In this document: piece after piece, positions 42,291 through 59,569 of the stretch
Numbering within the stretch: the stretch's first letter is position 1
How the letters are laid out: the number at the start of each line of letters is the position of its first letter
From: Daphnia carinata
Lineage: Eukaryota
Length of the DNA stretch: 64,000 bases
Assembly: GCF_022539665.2 (NCBI RefSeq)
Contig: NC_081333.1
Coordinates: forward strand, 12,648,001-12,712,000
Direction: 5' to 3'
Program-made: the position numbers and the translations under genes
Notes under the pieces: model-generated
Told to the model about the DNA's origin: nothing
Database searches by the model: none
What the model saw: the letters and a program-made list of their open reading frames with translations, nothing else

Positions 42291-43574
42291 TCCCAAAAAC
42301 CCTTTGATTCTGTTTAATTCAAAAATGACATTACTTTTATTATTACATTATTCTATCTTTTAATAATACTAGTACATCTTGAACCTAAAGTCAATTTTAC
42401 TTACACTCAAAAATAGTTTTGATGATAAATTTGAGGTGACCCACGAACGTCGATTTATTCAACTCATTTTCCCACGTCCCCTACCAAAAATTAGTCCCAT
42501 ACTTCTTTTTTTTTTTTTTTTGTCTCCCCTATTAATTAGTTAATTACAATCAACGGGGAAAAAAAAAAGGAGGGTGTAAACTTTTGTCTAAACATGTCGA
42601 GAGACATGCTGTGGAATAAAAAAAAAAATCTAAAAGGCAAAACTTGTTCTTTTGATTTACCTCACTCTATTTTTCATTCATTTATAAATGTAATAAATTA
42701 TTATTATATCGCTTCGCCTTGGTGATATGATAAAGATAAGAGCCATAGGTAGGGAGCAAAAAAAAAAATGTCTATAAACTTGGAACAGCGGCATTCCTGT
42801 TTTGAACAACAGCTGATGGCTCGCATTCTTCAGTTAAACTACAAGCAAATTCGGTAGCTTTTTTTTTTGTGTGTGTGTGTGTCTCTCATTTTCTTGTTGG
42901 GTCGTGTTTTTCGAGTTGTATGTGTCCATTAAATAAAATACAACGACGGATAAAAGTTATGCGTGTTGGGAACTGAAAAAGAAAAAAAGAAAAAAACGAG
43001 GGATTTTTGAAAAATTGAGACGAGACCGTGAGGTTCGTAGAGGAGCAGTCCACACAGCCATAGCGTGGGAACAATCCTGTCGAAAACCCTTCGTCTCTAA
43101 GAAAGAATAAAAAGAAAGAGAGAGAGAGAGAGAGATAACTGATAAACATCGTCAACGCTTTCACAATTCAAAATGTAGTGAGTCGCGACTACTGTCCTTT
43201 CGTCTCTATTTGCATGTACAGTTACATTATCCTGTCGTGTATATAAGAAACCCATTCTTTTTTTTTTCTTCTTCTTGTTCCATGTGTGCATTTCTCGCCC
43301 TGATTTCGTCCTTTTTTTTTTTTTTTTTTTTTTTTATTTCATTAGCGCAAATCATTACGGTTGTCAGACTAATGGCCACTTGTCAACTAATCAACTCATC
43401 ACCTGACACGAACGCTAAGGTGACATCCACCCAATCGTTTCCAATGTTTAGAACAAAATCCATTCTAAATAAAAACATGGATAATGCTAATAATGAATGA
43501 ATGAATAAATAATTCAACTGATTAGCCTTGATGATGATCCGACCGACTGGTGAGAAATAAAATTAAAATAACGC

Positions 43575-43701
43575 AGCCAATCAGTGACGGCCCTTGCGCT
43601 GGATACGCAGCAAATCACGATACTGGTGTCGAACCTATAAAAGACAGGCCTTAAATGTTCAATATGAACAATGACAGTTGAAATGAAGGGGCCAGGTGAG
43701 T
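43575..43701 (+). promoter_or_regulatory. Orphan CCAAT + TATA promoter-like module followed by a consensus splice donor
   Basis: AGCCAATCAG 43575-43584, TATAAAAG 43636-43643, and CAG|GTGAGT with GT at 43696. Confidence 0.35.
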
Positions 43702-44959
43702 CTCGATGAAAACACCCTAGTACCTTTACCTCTACATGGGTGTTGTATCACATGGAGTTTCGCTTTAAGGCAGGGTGGAATGATGATACGGACAACCAAA
43801 AATCAGGACCTCCTGCCGTTCTGCTTTTATCATATCATTCCCATTTGAAGCGTAAAGAGGGGGGGGGGGGCGAACTATTTTTCACGATGTTTCTGGCTTT
43901 AAAAACTGCCATCAAAGAGTCGATCGGACACCGAAGCTGTTGATTGTAATGAGAACCAATGCCAGCCAACAGGGTGGAGATAGGGCGGATCCATGCCTGT
44001 CTCATTATATCGCAATTTTTTTTTTTTTTATAAGTTCTACTCGATTGGCATGACGCAATGTTTCGCTTGAAAGTACGGAAAAATACAAGCGGCTATTAAA
44101 AAAATTAAAAAAAAAATAAAACGTGTAAAGAATTTCTGATAGAACGCTCGAAGCTAGGCCAAATTGTTTAGACAGACAGTCATCAAATGAAGCGGGAATG
44201 AGCGGGAAATTATTGGGCTGTCATTTTTGAACGGACCGGCGCAGGGAAAAAAAAAAAAAAAAGAAGTGGAGATGAATACACCTGATGAACGCGCGGGGAG
44301 GAAAAAAAAAAAAAGAAAATGTTCAAAAACTCGGCGTATAATATACGATTCAATAAGAATAACAGTCGCTATTCAATTAGCCCGATGCCAATGATGCGGT
44401 CGTCGCGGAGGGGAAAAGGCCGGCCCGGATTGCGGCGTCTCACAGAGCACGCGCGCTATTTTACATATAGAGGAGAGGGGCGCACACACACTACAACATT
44501 TTTTTTTTTTTTTTTTCTTTCTTCGTTGAAAAAATGGTCCCTTCTTCAAATGAATATTTATGACTCTCCATCTACATAGCCGTGTGATACAATAGTCTTT
44601 GTGAGCATAATAGGGTTACAAGCCTTAAGCAGTGGCGCTACAAGTTGAAAAAAAAAACGGACAGACGGACTCATTTCCTCCTCAATTCAAAAATGTTCCT
44701 TTGGCATTCATTTGCGCGCACCTGTGTTCGCCTTGTTATTTCTACATCATCCTTAATTCCCTATAAATACTCGCCAACCCATTTTTTTTTTTTCCCCCAA
44801 ATATATTCCACCTTTTTTTAACTCGGAAATTAGACTCGCAACGCGCTGCGCAAGAGTCAAACAGCCACACTAAATAGCCTAGCTGATTGCTCTCTCTCTT
44901 TTTCTTTCCTCTCGCTATTTCTAACTGTTGTGGTCTCTTCTTCCCAATTGAATATATTT

Positions 44960-44994
<35 letters not shown>

Positions 44995-45951
44995 TTTAAA
45001 TTTCAAAATCGCTGTCGGCGCTCTGTTGCGTCGACTTGTCGGGTTTGTTCGTTTTTTTTTTTTTTTTTTGCCTCTCTCCCCAAATTGGGAGCGCTATTTT
45101 CTCGGTCATATTATAACAAACGCCCGCAAGGAAAAAAAAAAAGAAAGAAAAAAAAAAAAAAAAAAAAAACATGCGCTGATGACTGTTTGGGTTGGATGAA
45201 ACGTTCACCGCAACGAGGAGACAATGAGTCGTTAGGTTATCGAATATATTTAGCAGCAGCAAGCGGTGGGGCCAGACCTTTGAAGAAATTTTCTTTTTTT
45301 TTTTCCCCACTATTTTCGAATCGGCTCGCGCCAATTAGCAACACATTCAAAACAACATCAAAGAATGTGTGGCTTCCCATCTCTCTCTCTCTCTATTTAG
45401 ACTCGCCGTACGTCCCCTAATAAATGATCTTTCACCAACAAACAGTCCCCGAAATACCTTTGCAGAGCACCTGTGGTGTGTACATATTTATACTATCAAC
45501 TGTGCTGCGTTAAAAAACGAAAGCCTTGATTTTGTTGTTGTTTCTCTGCCGCCGTGCTGCCGCTAGATACGTAACAAAAAAAAAAAAACGTATACCTCCA
45601 TCACTGACATCAAATCCGAAAAATTCAGTGGGGGAATATCTATTAAACAAGCGCAACTTTGGCGGGCCTGTCATGTAGACGTCCTCAACGGCATATTATA
45701 CTGCACCTTAACACATTTTTTTTTTCTTTCTCAATCTCAGTATTCCCCTTTTTATTATTTATTCGTCAAATTTATTACGGATACGTATAAGCACTCCAGA
45801 ATGATGTGTATACGAGATCTAGGCTACATGAATCATGGACCCTCTTGTTGATGGGCAGACGGATTTCCCGCTGTGCGTTCAGACGTCGATCGACCATCTC
45901 TTCAACATCCAACCCCAGCAGCAATTTCATAAAGATGAGAGGGGGAGGGGG

Positions 45952-45984
<33 letters not shown>

Positions 45985-48900
45985 GTATACCAAAGAAAAG
46001 GAGGGGGGAGGATGGCCCACCGCGAAGAAATATATCTGAGGAAAACCCACACACAGTTGAATATGGCCGCTCCAAAAGTGAGTGAAGCGCATTACCATAA
46101 ATACCATGGGCTTTTGATAATAGGACCACCACTACATCAAAGTTAGATGGAATAAATAAATAAAAAAAAGACAATGGCGGGTTATATAAACGTGATGTTC
46201 GTGAAACGTGTAAACGTTTCCAATTGAATGCGTCACGAACGTGCGCATTAAGAAGTTGAGACATTTATAGCGCAACATTTCCAGAAATGGCTCGTGCCAC
46301 GAGCGAACTGATTGAACAGGGCGTGTCTTGCGGACCCCTGTCCACCTGGAACCAAATGCTTTCATATCAAATGTACAAGCACCTGTCATATACGCGTCTT
46401 GCCAACTGCCCCCCCCCCCGTCCTTATTTTTGTTTCTTTTTGAAGAGAAAAACTCTGTAATAAGAAAAAGTTTGGAACAAAAAACGAACGAGGGGAAAGG
46501 GGGGGAATATTTGAATGTTTTGCGTGTCGATGTGATGGACGGATAAAACGAAACACGGAAGAGACAGCTGATGTGCATACGAGCGACGTTTTTGTTTTGA
46601 ATACTACAAAGTTAGACGCTGCACCACATCGATTATCACAAGTTTTTTAACGTGGCTCCAAAACTTTTATTTATTCCCCCCCCCCCCCCCCATACGTTTT
46701 TAGTTCGCTTATGGTTGCATATCGTTTCGGCTTATTTGAGCAGTTTTCTTTTTTTTGTTTTTTTTTTTGGAAACCATTTTCTAAAGAGTTGAGCCATCAC
46801 GACTTCAAAGGAGGACGAACCCCTAAATTCTTTGCTTCGCTCCTTTATGGAGTTTATTTTCATTTTTTCCAGCGATGGTTCGAACACAACAATCACTGGC
46901 CTATGGACGCACACACACAAACAAAAACAAGTGAGGAACCCACTCATCCGGCGGAATTGCCCCCCCCCCCTTTCCTCCAATGCCCGCCCCAATCGTGTCG
47001 TAACTCTCTTGCACGCATCAACACATTTCGAACAAAAAACTTATTGAGTTCTCAATTTCGCCTTTTTTTTTCTTCTTGTTCTCCCGTTGATATAATCGAT
47101 CGCATTGTTTTTACCCCAATTCTTCAATATAACTATGTGTTTGATGCGTGAAGGAAATGCATCGAATATAATCACGAACTCGGTGTTTTGTTGGCCGCTT
47201 GGCCATCAACGTGGCCATCAGCCACGCAGATGGAGGTGGTCATATTAATAACGCGATAGAAAGACACGCTTGATGGATGAGGTGATGCGTTGATGTCTGC
47301 CTTGCTCATTAGCCGCGATTCACCTCTACGTGTTACACATTTCCGTGTATTTCAACAACAAAAAATGAAATGACCGACATGAACGTGCCTCTTTGTCCCG
47401 CGTTCTATTTATACGCATTTTTCAATCGCAGACGTGTACACATTTTGGTGTGTGCTGTGTGCGTTGGGTGAAGATTTTCGGGTATGACAAGAATGGACAC
47501 AACTGCGACTGCCTTGCTTGCTCGCTATGTCTGTTGTTATACGAGAGATCCTCGCGGAGAATGTCGACAACAGAGAGAGAAAGAGCGTAGATGAGCTCGT
47601 TAGTAACGCAGCGGTGAGAGGGAAACAGAAAGGAATGAAAAGGGGAGGGCCAGCTTTTAAATGACGATGATGTAGCATTTCTTTTATTTTTCTTTCTTTT
47701 AAAGAGGTATTTATACTGTGTGTCTAGAGCTTTGCGTTCATTGGCAATGGATCAACTGTCGCGGCTAATGATCTGCGCCCATATGGGCGGGGCCGACGCT
47801 TCATCATCCGTCGTCACTTTCATATAACAACATACTTTCGCCCAGCCTTCGTCATCTTATCTTCTCAACTCTCTTATGGTTCGTGCTTTTCCGATGGGCT
47901 ATATACAACTCGTTTTAAAAATAAACGCTCCACTCTCGTTAACACGGCCGTTATACGTAGACCCACGTTTGCTTTCGTTCCGCAGCACAAATGTCTTGTA
48001 CAGACCTGTTTCTTGTCATCCAATTTTTTTTTTTTGTTTCTTTTCCTGCGTCCTTTAAAAAGCCTATGCCTCTGAAAAAAAAAAAAAAAACTGATACGAA
48101 ATTCAAAATCTATCGCGTGAATCTTTACTTTCTTAGCCTTTCTACCATAGTATATAATCACGAACCCGTCCGACCGATCAGGTTTTGCTTTAATTTTTTT
48201 TTTTTTTTTCGAGAAAAACTGCCCAACATAGACGCCGAATGTCACGTCGTTTTCTTGCGTATAAATAATGAAGAGCGTGACTAGAGTTTCAAAACAAATC
48301 TGTCAGCTGGCACGAACCACAAGGTCCGTGTTGCGCACCAAGAAAGGCAATGGCCCATCAAGAAAAGTGACGTCCAGTCACTTTGGTTCGAACAAATCAA
48401 ATCATCTCTCCGTAAACGTCTAATGATAAATACACACACACACACACACACACACGATGATACGTCTCGAAATCCTGGAAGCTATGAAGAATGTTGTGAT
48501 AACAAAATACAAAAAAGAATAAAGAAAGAGTTGAAATGTATTTATCCCAAAAAGCAAGAAAGAGTTGTCATCATCAAGTTGATGGATGATGAATATCGGT
48601 CTTGGTCAGCCACCCGAGGGGGGTCAACTTGATGAGACATGTCTCTTTTTTTTTTTTTTTAACCTTTACCTTATTTGCGTTTTTTTTACCTTTTGCTGTA
48701 TGGGACAAGGAGCAACGAAAAAGCGCACGCCGAAAGTTCAAAACTCAATCTTTAGGAACAAAAGATGCGCACATGTCCATCAGTAAACACTTTAACTGAT
48801 GATGATTGAAGCTGATCATTTAGCCTTCCGAAAACGATAACCCTCTCTTTTACCCCCCACCACACGGACGAAAGGGGATTTCCCGCTGTTTCCTAGCCTA

Positions 48901-51900
48901 CAACGTTTCACTTACAAAATTTCAGCTTATGGAGAACGATGTGCATATGCGTTTAAAGACATTCTGATTTGGGAATTTAGGTAGGCCAGGTATATATAAA
49001 AAAACGATTTCCTCATGAAGTGCAGATGGACCTAGACGAGCAGCAGATCAAACGTCGTGGAAGAGGGGGGGGTGGGCCTACCCGCCACCACGTCAAATAG
49101 ATATCTAATTTTTTTGAAAAAGACAACTAAATGTGCTGTATAGAGTTATGAGAAAACAAAGCGGACTTTGAAGGGCTGTTTTCAACTGGATATAGGCCTA
49201 AATAGTTTTTTCGAGATGCTGACCTGCTGCTGTGTCAGTACAGGTGGGCTGGTCGAGTTGACGGACTGATGGGCCAAACTCTGGCGGCATTCAATTCTGA
49301 ACGACCCCTTACAAAAACAAACATTTCTCTCCCTTTTTTTTTAAATGTATTTGATGTATACCCACTTTTGCGGTCTTTTGTTTGTTTTTATAGGCTTCTT
49401 TTTCCTGCCCGTCCGCACTGTTTCCTCTTCAGGGTTAAATAGAGTCATCATCTTAACGGAGAGGAAACGTATATTCTTATCTTTATTCACCTGTCCCCTT
49501 CTTTTCTTTTTCTTTTTTTTTGTCTCTGTGTGTCTGTCCGTGAAAATACACCCACCCACGGTGACTTGTATATCAGTTAAAGACGACACGGACCTCCTCA
49601 CCTGATGAATGACACGGGAGGCCTAGGCCTTTCCAAAAAACGTCAAATAAGAAAATGCTGCCGCTGCTCCTGAGGTCTCCCTGTTAGATGATTGTGTTTT
49701 GTTTTTTTCTTTGGTTGATGTCTCATACAACTCTGCACATGATAACAGAACTGTTATATATACTGTATATATATATATATATATACTTCCACTGTCCTGT
49801 CCGCCTTTACGTGTCTCTTACATCCCCTCACCACCATTCCCCTTCTTTTCTTTTTTTTTTTTTACCTTTGGAGAAGAAAAATATGTCTGGTATTTCACCC
49901 CCGAATCTTTACCTACCATCTCCTTGTTTTTTTGTTTTTTTTCCTTCCCTTTTTGTTTGTAACAAACGCAGCTGATAGTTACAGCCAAGATACATGCCAC
50001 ATAGCATGGATGATTACAACTCATGGAGAAATTGAAAATGGAGGTGAAAATATCTTTCATTATATAGTAGATATCTCTACATACAGGGCACCGTTAACTG
50101 ATGGCTTTCCGTATGTCTAAGGGTAAGCAATTACCACCTATGAGTCGCCGAAAACCACTAACAACCGGACCGGCTCTAGCGTCTGTAGGGGCAGAGAAGA
50201 AAACACACCGGGGGATGCCCAGCAAGAGCTCCTAACCGGGTTTTTTTCATAATTTTTGTTTCCCCCCTTTCTTTTAAAAGGGTTAATCAATTACAATTCC
50301 TTTTACTCTTTCTGTGGCACATTTGAAAATTATACGGGGGACGGGTTGTAAATGGAATGAGGGAGGAAAGGGGACTTGGCTAATGATTGGAAAAAATCAA
50401 ACAACAGATGATCAGGTCTTTTTAAAATGGAAGTAAAGGAATGTTGTTGTGTTATTCGACTTTTACAGACAGGACCAACGAGGCGATGTAGGGGACTAGC
50501 AAGAGGAGGAACAAGAAGAATAAGAAACAACCCCGATGGGGGGTAAAAAGACGACATTTTTTGTTTGGAACATAGCGAAAAAAAAAAAAAAAAAAATGTC
50601 TTTTTTTGAAATCAAGGACGAGAAATGCAGGGATTGTTTATTCCTTATTAACTGGTTGACTGGAATTGCTTGGTTGTTCTTATTTTTTTTCTCAACTTTT
50701 TCTTTTCATAAACTGTTTGTTTTCATTTCTAAAATACCAATGCCTTTCGGGAGGAGGGGGGGGGTTTATTAAGAGAAAGTTGAAATAGCTCCTCTACCGG
50801 TGTAACCATTAAGGAAGAGACTAACGAGCTGTTGAAAGTCTTGGCCCGTTTAAAAAAAAAAAACCAAGTGTGTGTTTATAAATGAACCGGTTTCCTCCGA
50901 CCAGCAGGATACCACGCATTGATCCTATACAACAATGTCTTTGGCCATTGGAAATCCTTCCTCATATCTTTTAATGCAATTATATGGAATTGCAGTTGCT
51001 CGTCAATTCAATTTACTTCGCGTTCCTTCCATTGTCCAGTTTTTCAGAACCTAAAAGATGCTTGTGTTTTCAAGCTGCAGGAAATTCGATCGCCATGATG
51101 GCGCGATGCTGGAACTCATTCGAATTCAAAACTTTGGAGACTTAATGTGAATAATACGGCCGCACCGGCTCCTCCTCTTTCTTTTACAATCCCTATTTCA
51201 ACCCTCCTCTATTTTCTTCCTAATTTTCTCCGAAAGGGGTTATTAACGTTTGAAAGTGTCGCATCGCACAGCGGTTGGGGCCCAACACAAGACTCTGGAT
51301 TCCAAGCAAATGGGTTGAACATCACAGCACTCGTACGAATAGTGTTACACCATAGACGCAATATGGCCGCGCGCATAGAACCTGTGCCCTATCTCAAATG
51401 ATGGAGTCATTTAATCTTAGTTTTTCTTAAATGACGGGGACGGTCAGCGCAAGTATCCAATAACGCACACGAAAAAGTCGTTAAAAAAAAAATCTAATAA
51501 TAATACCAACTTTAAATGATTAGGGTTTTTCTTTCTTCTAAGAAAAAAAAAGGGGGGTGAAGGAAGGAAAGTCCGACGCAAAGTTTACCGATATCAAGTG
51601 TCAACCCACCAAAATTTCTTCGTTAACTTGTCTGTATTTTGCTTTTGGTATAGACTGATGATGTGTCTCTCGGCCGTCCTTTTCTATTTATTTTATTTTT
51701 TTTTTTTCGGTCGTTCTCCTCCTCTTTTTCGGTGCTTCATGTAAATCGAGATCGAGCCGACGCTGCTGCCATAAAGGCGGCAAGCGCGCGCGGCTACATG
51801 GAACTCATTCTCAATTCTGATAACGTATCTGCGCACGTTGTTTGTTGCTATATGGCTTAATAGTGTTTTCCTCCAGTGTGTATATATAAGGGAATGCGTA

Positions 51901-54900
51901 CATGAAGATGGGCCGTTATTAGGAAAAATAAGAATGTTTGGGGCTATTCCGAAAAAAGACAAAGGGAACAACGTTGCGTTTAATGCAAGAGAAAATGGGG
52001 GAACGAGAGCCGAAATCTCGAAGAAAAAAAAGAAATCTTTTTATATTTTTACTTCAGCAAAACGCTGGATGGTATTCATTCATCATTATTTATGTTGTAA
52101 CTGTTTCAACAGCTGGAAAACACCTTTCATTAGAGCTATAGAGACTATAACCCTCCGCGATGCGCTCATTAAACGAATCGGCCGCGATTGAATAATGATG
52201 AGACTTTAACAACAGCAGCGCCATAGCATGCCAACTCATTTTTCTATCTCTCCTTGTATTAGTTATTAATTTCTACCCTTTTAGTCTTTTTTTTTTTCCT
52301 TTTTCTTTTCTGTTCCTGCGTGTGTCTATAAATCAGTCGACACGGCGCTAGTAAAACGCGTTTTCTTTTCGGGACGCACGGTGGTACGATGACGACGACG
52401 AAAACGATGATGATGATGACTGCTCTCTTTATTAGCTCGTTTTCCCTTCAAATGGAAAGCTTAAACGAAGCACGTCAAGTCTATTATAAAACAAACAACG
52501 GGACCCCATTTAATAACTGAGGATTCTTTACAACGATGAATGTCGTATATAAATATATACGTGGCGGTGATGTGTATACGCGCAGCAAATATTACACGGA
52601 ACGGGATTTAACATTTCGGGGCGGACTTTAATTACTTCCGGGCCTTGGAATGAAAGAAACAGAAAAAAACAAAACAAAACAAGGTAACGTTTTGCTTTGG
52701 TGAGGGGGAAGACCAGCTCCGCTGCTGCTGGAACCCCCTCCTAAGCAAACTACTCTGTCATGATTCATTACTCGGATTGTTCCACAACTGTTATTTATGA
52801 TACGAGCAGCATAGCATTTCCTTAACAACGACACACACACGAAAGACAACACAAAACATAAAAAAAAAAAAAACACTACGAAAAAGAAAGATAAAACTTT
52901 TGACAGACAGAAAAGGATTATGTCCCTAACGATGAGCCACACAGCAGCGAAATGGAATAGTACGAGATTATGATGACTCCTATTTTTCGACCATTATTGC
53001 TAGAAGGGTATATATATATATATAACGATACGTATGGAGGGTCGGTTGTTCCATGCCTTTTCATTTTATTACTCTTGCGTATATCCTTTGGTAAAGTGAG
53101 TCACTTAAAACTCACGCAACACACGACAAAGCGACTGGCTGCGATCTACTTTTTGAATGGGCGCATAGTTGGCGATGATGTGTTTGTTGTTGTTGTCGCA
53201 GTGTGTCATTATTGTTACCATCAAAGTGAAATCGTTTTCTTTCCCAAGTTGATTTTGTTCCGGCAGCATTTGCGTGCGAATGCGTCTAGCGAATAGAATC
53301 AGAGGAGAAACGCACAAGTTCCATCACCGGTCGTCGCACAGCTCATACGACCTGCGTGCAAAACAGACGTCCCCCTATGCATAGGATATACGCGCGATGG
53401 AGAGGATAAAGGCTATACTTTTATGACACAGCGTATAGCACCATGTACAAAAGAGTCTGACACTATCACCAGCTGTTGTAAATCAATTATGCTATACGAC
53501 ATTAGCCGTGGTCGTATAACTCTATAAAGGACTTGTCTCTCTTTTTCATTAGGTTCCCACACGTCGTGATGTTGACGTTGTTGCGACCTTATCAAACATA
53601 TCGCACACGGTGCAAAGCTCTGAATCAGCACGTGAAAAAGGAGTAGGGGATTTCTAATAAAAAGCCTCCGCTGTTTGCAGACAGGTTGTGTTATTAAATT
53701 ATTACTCCCGACAGCACATCATCTGGGGGCCTCAGCACCTGTATATTATAACAGGCAAGGTCGATATAGACCCTCTAGACGAACATCAATCTCAAATCAT
53801 TTTATATATATATATAGACTTTATTGTTACGAAAGGCCTCAGAGTTTGCTGCTGCTGCGGCTGTTGTTCCAGGCACCGCAATATAAGCATTCTTTGCATT
53901 ATCATTTTTTATTATGACATGTGTTTGTTTTAAGGTTGCGTCGCGCTGTTCTTTCGAGTGGGAAAACTGGCGGATAAATCTGTCGGCCAACGACGGCACG
54001 TTATTTGCTTTAATAAGAAAACGACTAAGCCATTCGGCTAGGCAGGCCGTCTCTGTTATAAATCCATAAAGTGTCAGACACGACAAGACTGAAAAGTTGG
54101 TAGGGGGGGGGGCTATTTGACTCTCTCAACTGGCCGATTGATCCAAAGATTTTCGTTTTTCTTAGGATGAATGCGAGTTTTGGCCATCTGCCGTGTTGTT
54201 CTACACGCAAATGGATTCACTCTTTTTCTTTCATCGTTTCGTTATCGACAGACAAAAAAGAACGCACTATTCCATAGCCTGTTTCCAGCGATGAGTTCAC
54301 TCCTCTTTCTCGTGTGTGTGTGTGTGTCTACGAGCCATCATTATCTTGAGCTATAGAAAAAAAAAGAGCCACACAAAAAAGTAGACAAAAAGGCAGAAGG
54401 CAGTAATTATCTAATGAGATATGACAGTGTTGGCATTATTAGAGAGAAGCTCAAATGGTCATGAGTCAAATGGGCCATCATCCTGGCGCATTCCCGCGTG
54501 CAAGCTCCTCCCTCCGCCTCTTCAGAATGGAAGGCGGCCAAAGCCAAAGACAAAAAAAGAAAAAAAACTTAAAACAAGAAAAAGGGGAAGGGAAATATGT
54601 GGCTCTCATCATGTGCATCCTTGTATCTCTGTTTATTTTCGAGAAGTTGGCATGGCTTGCGCACATCTAAAGAGGCACAAACTATTACACGATGACGACG
54701 AAAAGAACGGCAGAAACGGGGAACGCGTAGTTAGTGGCCCATTTTGGGGGGGGGGGGGGGCGATCCGGCCTATTCATTATCACGACACATGACAAACGGC
54801 CATCATTGCATTCCCTTCATGGCTTCGTGCAGGCACAACCAACTCTCTCATCTCTCTCGTTTCAATACGGACGACATTTTGGTTCTTGCCTTTCCTCTTG

Positions 54901-56420
54901 CATAAGCTCCCAAAACTGATACAGACGTGCTGTGTGTGAATGTTTCTGTTTTTGCTCGTTACAACGTAAGACATATAGCTCTGGTCTATACAAATAAAGA
55001 TAAATTTATAGACCAGTGTATACATAACGCAGGCCAGCCAGAAAAGTATATACATCTTCCGCATGATCCGCATTTAGTCTAATCGTTCTGGCAGCCCACT
55101 GAAAGATTGTTCAACTCATGCTTACACACACAACGATGCCTCTCTTTCCTTCTTATCTTCTTCTCCTCCCTCCTCGACGTCTAGTGTTTCGTTCTTGTTA
55201 GCCAGCGGCTTTGCCTTTTCAGTTGGTCCGTGTATATTTAGACTTTTGCTTCGGATATAACTAGGCAAAAAGATTCTTTCACCTCCCCCACGGTTGGGAA
55301 ATCTTTTGTCGTGTTCACCGTCAGTTTAGGATGCATACGATCGCTAATCATTACCTGTCGTTCACCGATGTATCCCACTTTGGGCCGTCGACATCGTTGC
55401 TGCATGTACAATGATGACTCTTTTCTTCTGGCAATCGTCCTGTAGCATCCCACATCTCTGTTTTTTTTTTTTCACGGTTCGGCCTTCTGACTATCCATCT
55501 TTACACACGCCGGCGTTTGAAGCCGACATATCGCATTATCATATTCATGATTGGACGAAGAAAGAAGACGACGAATTAGCATGTCAAGTACCTGATGGCC
55601 AGCATTCTTTATTTCTCTTCTACGTGCGGACGTTAGAATTTTTTTTTCTTTTGAGAAGATATATTTGACTAAACGATCTGAGCAAGCCGAAAACTTGGCA
55701 TCACTTTAACCCCCCTCCTTTTTTTTCCCTTTCAAATCTCAATTTGATTTCTATTTTTTAAATACCAAATTTAGACTTTCTGATCTGTGCCTGAACGAAT
55801 GTAGATCTTTTGGTTTTACACGTTTTGCCATTTAAAACTGTCGTCTTGCTGTCTACTAGATGATAGAATGGATCGAGTTAACCTCTACGAAAAATGAAGT
55901 TTCCGAGTGTAAAAAAAGCCAAAAGGATTTCAAGAGAAAACGATGGGGAATGTGCTACACTCTACCGAGTTTCATTTTCCTTGTGAAAGCTTCACAAAAT
56001 GGACGAAGAATTGAGTCTCTTCTTTTATCGGTCGACTTCCACCTCGTTTACTCTACATCCGCGCTGTGACTAGAAGCTGGTCCCTATCTCGAAAATCGTT
56101 GTAGGAGATGGGAACGACTTCACGATCACGGCCGCACGAGATCCCGATTTCGCGCTACATTACACAGACACAAGTCGCGAGATATGCTCCGGGTATAATG
56201 GCTCGTAACGTCTGATTGCACATTTAACAACAACATCAACAACAATAACGACAACATAATGGATAGTGGTTATAGAAATAGTAGTCTGATTTAAGTTAAC
56301 CTATTTAAAAAGAAATAATATGTTTACATTAAAAAATAATTGACAAAATAAATAATCTGTCAAAACGATGAGATGCCGCGATGCGAAGAGTCATCTTCGT
56401 TTCATTTGCACTTGACGCGT

Positions 56421-59569
<3,149 letters not shown>

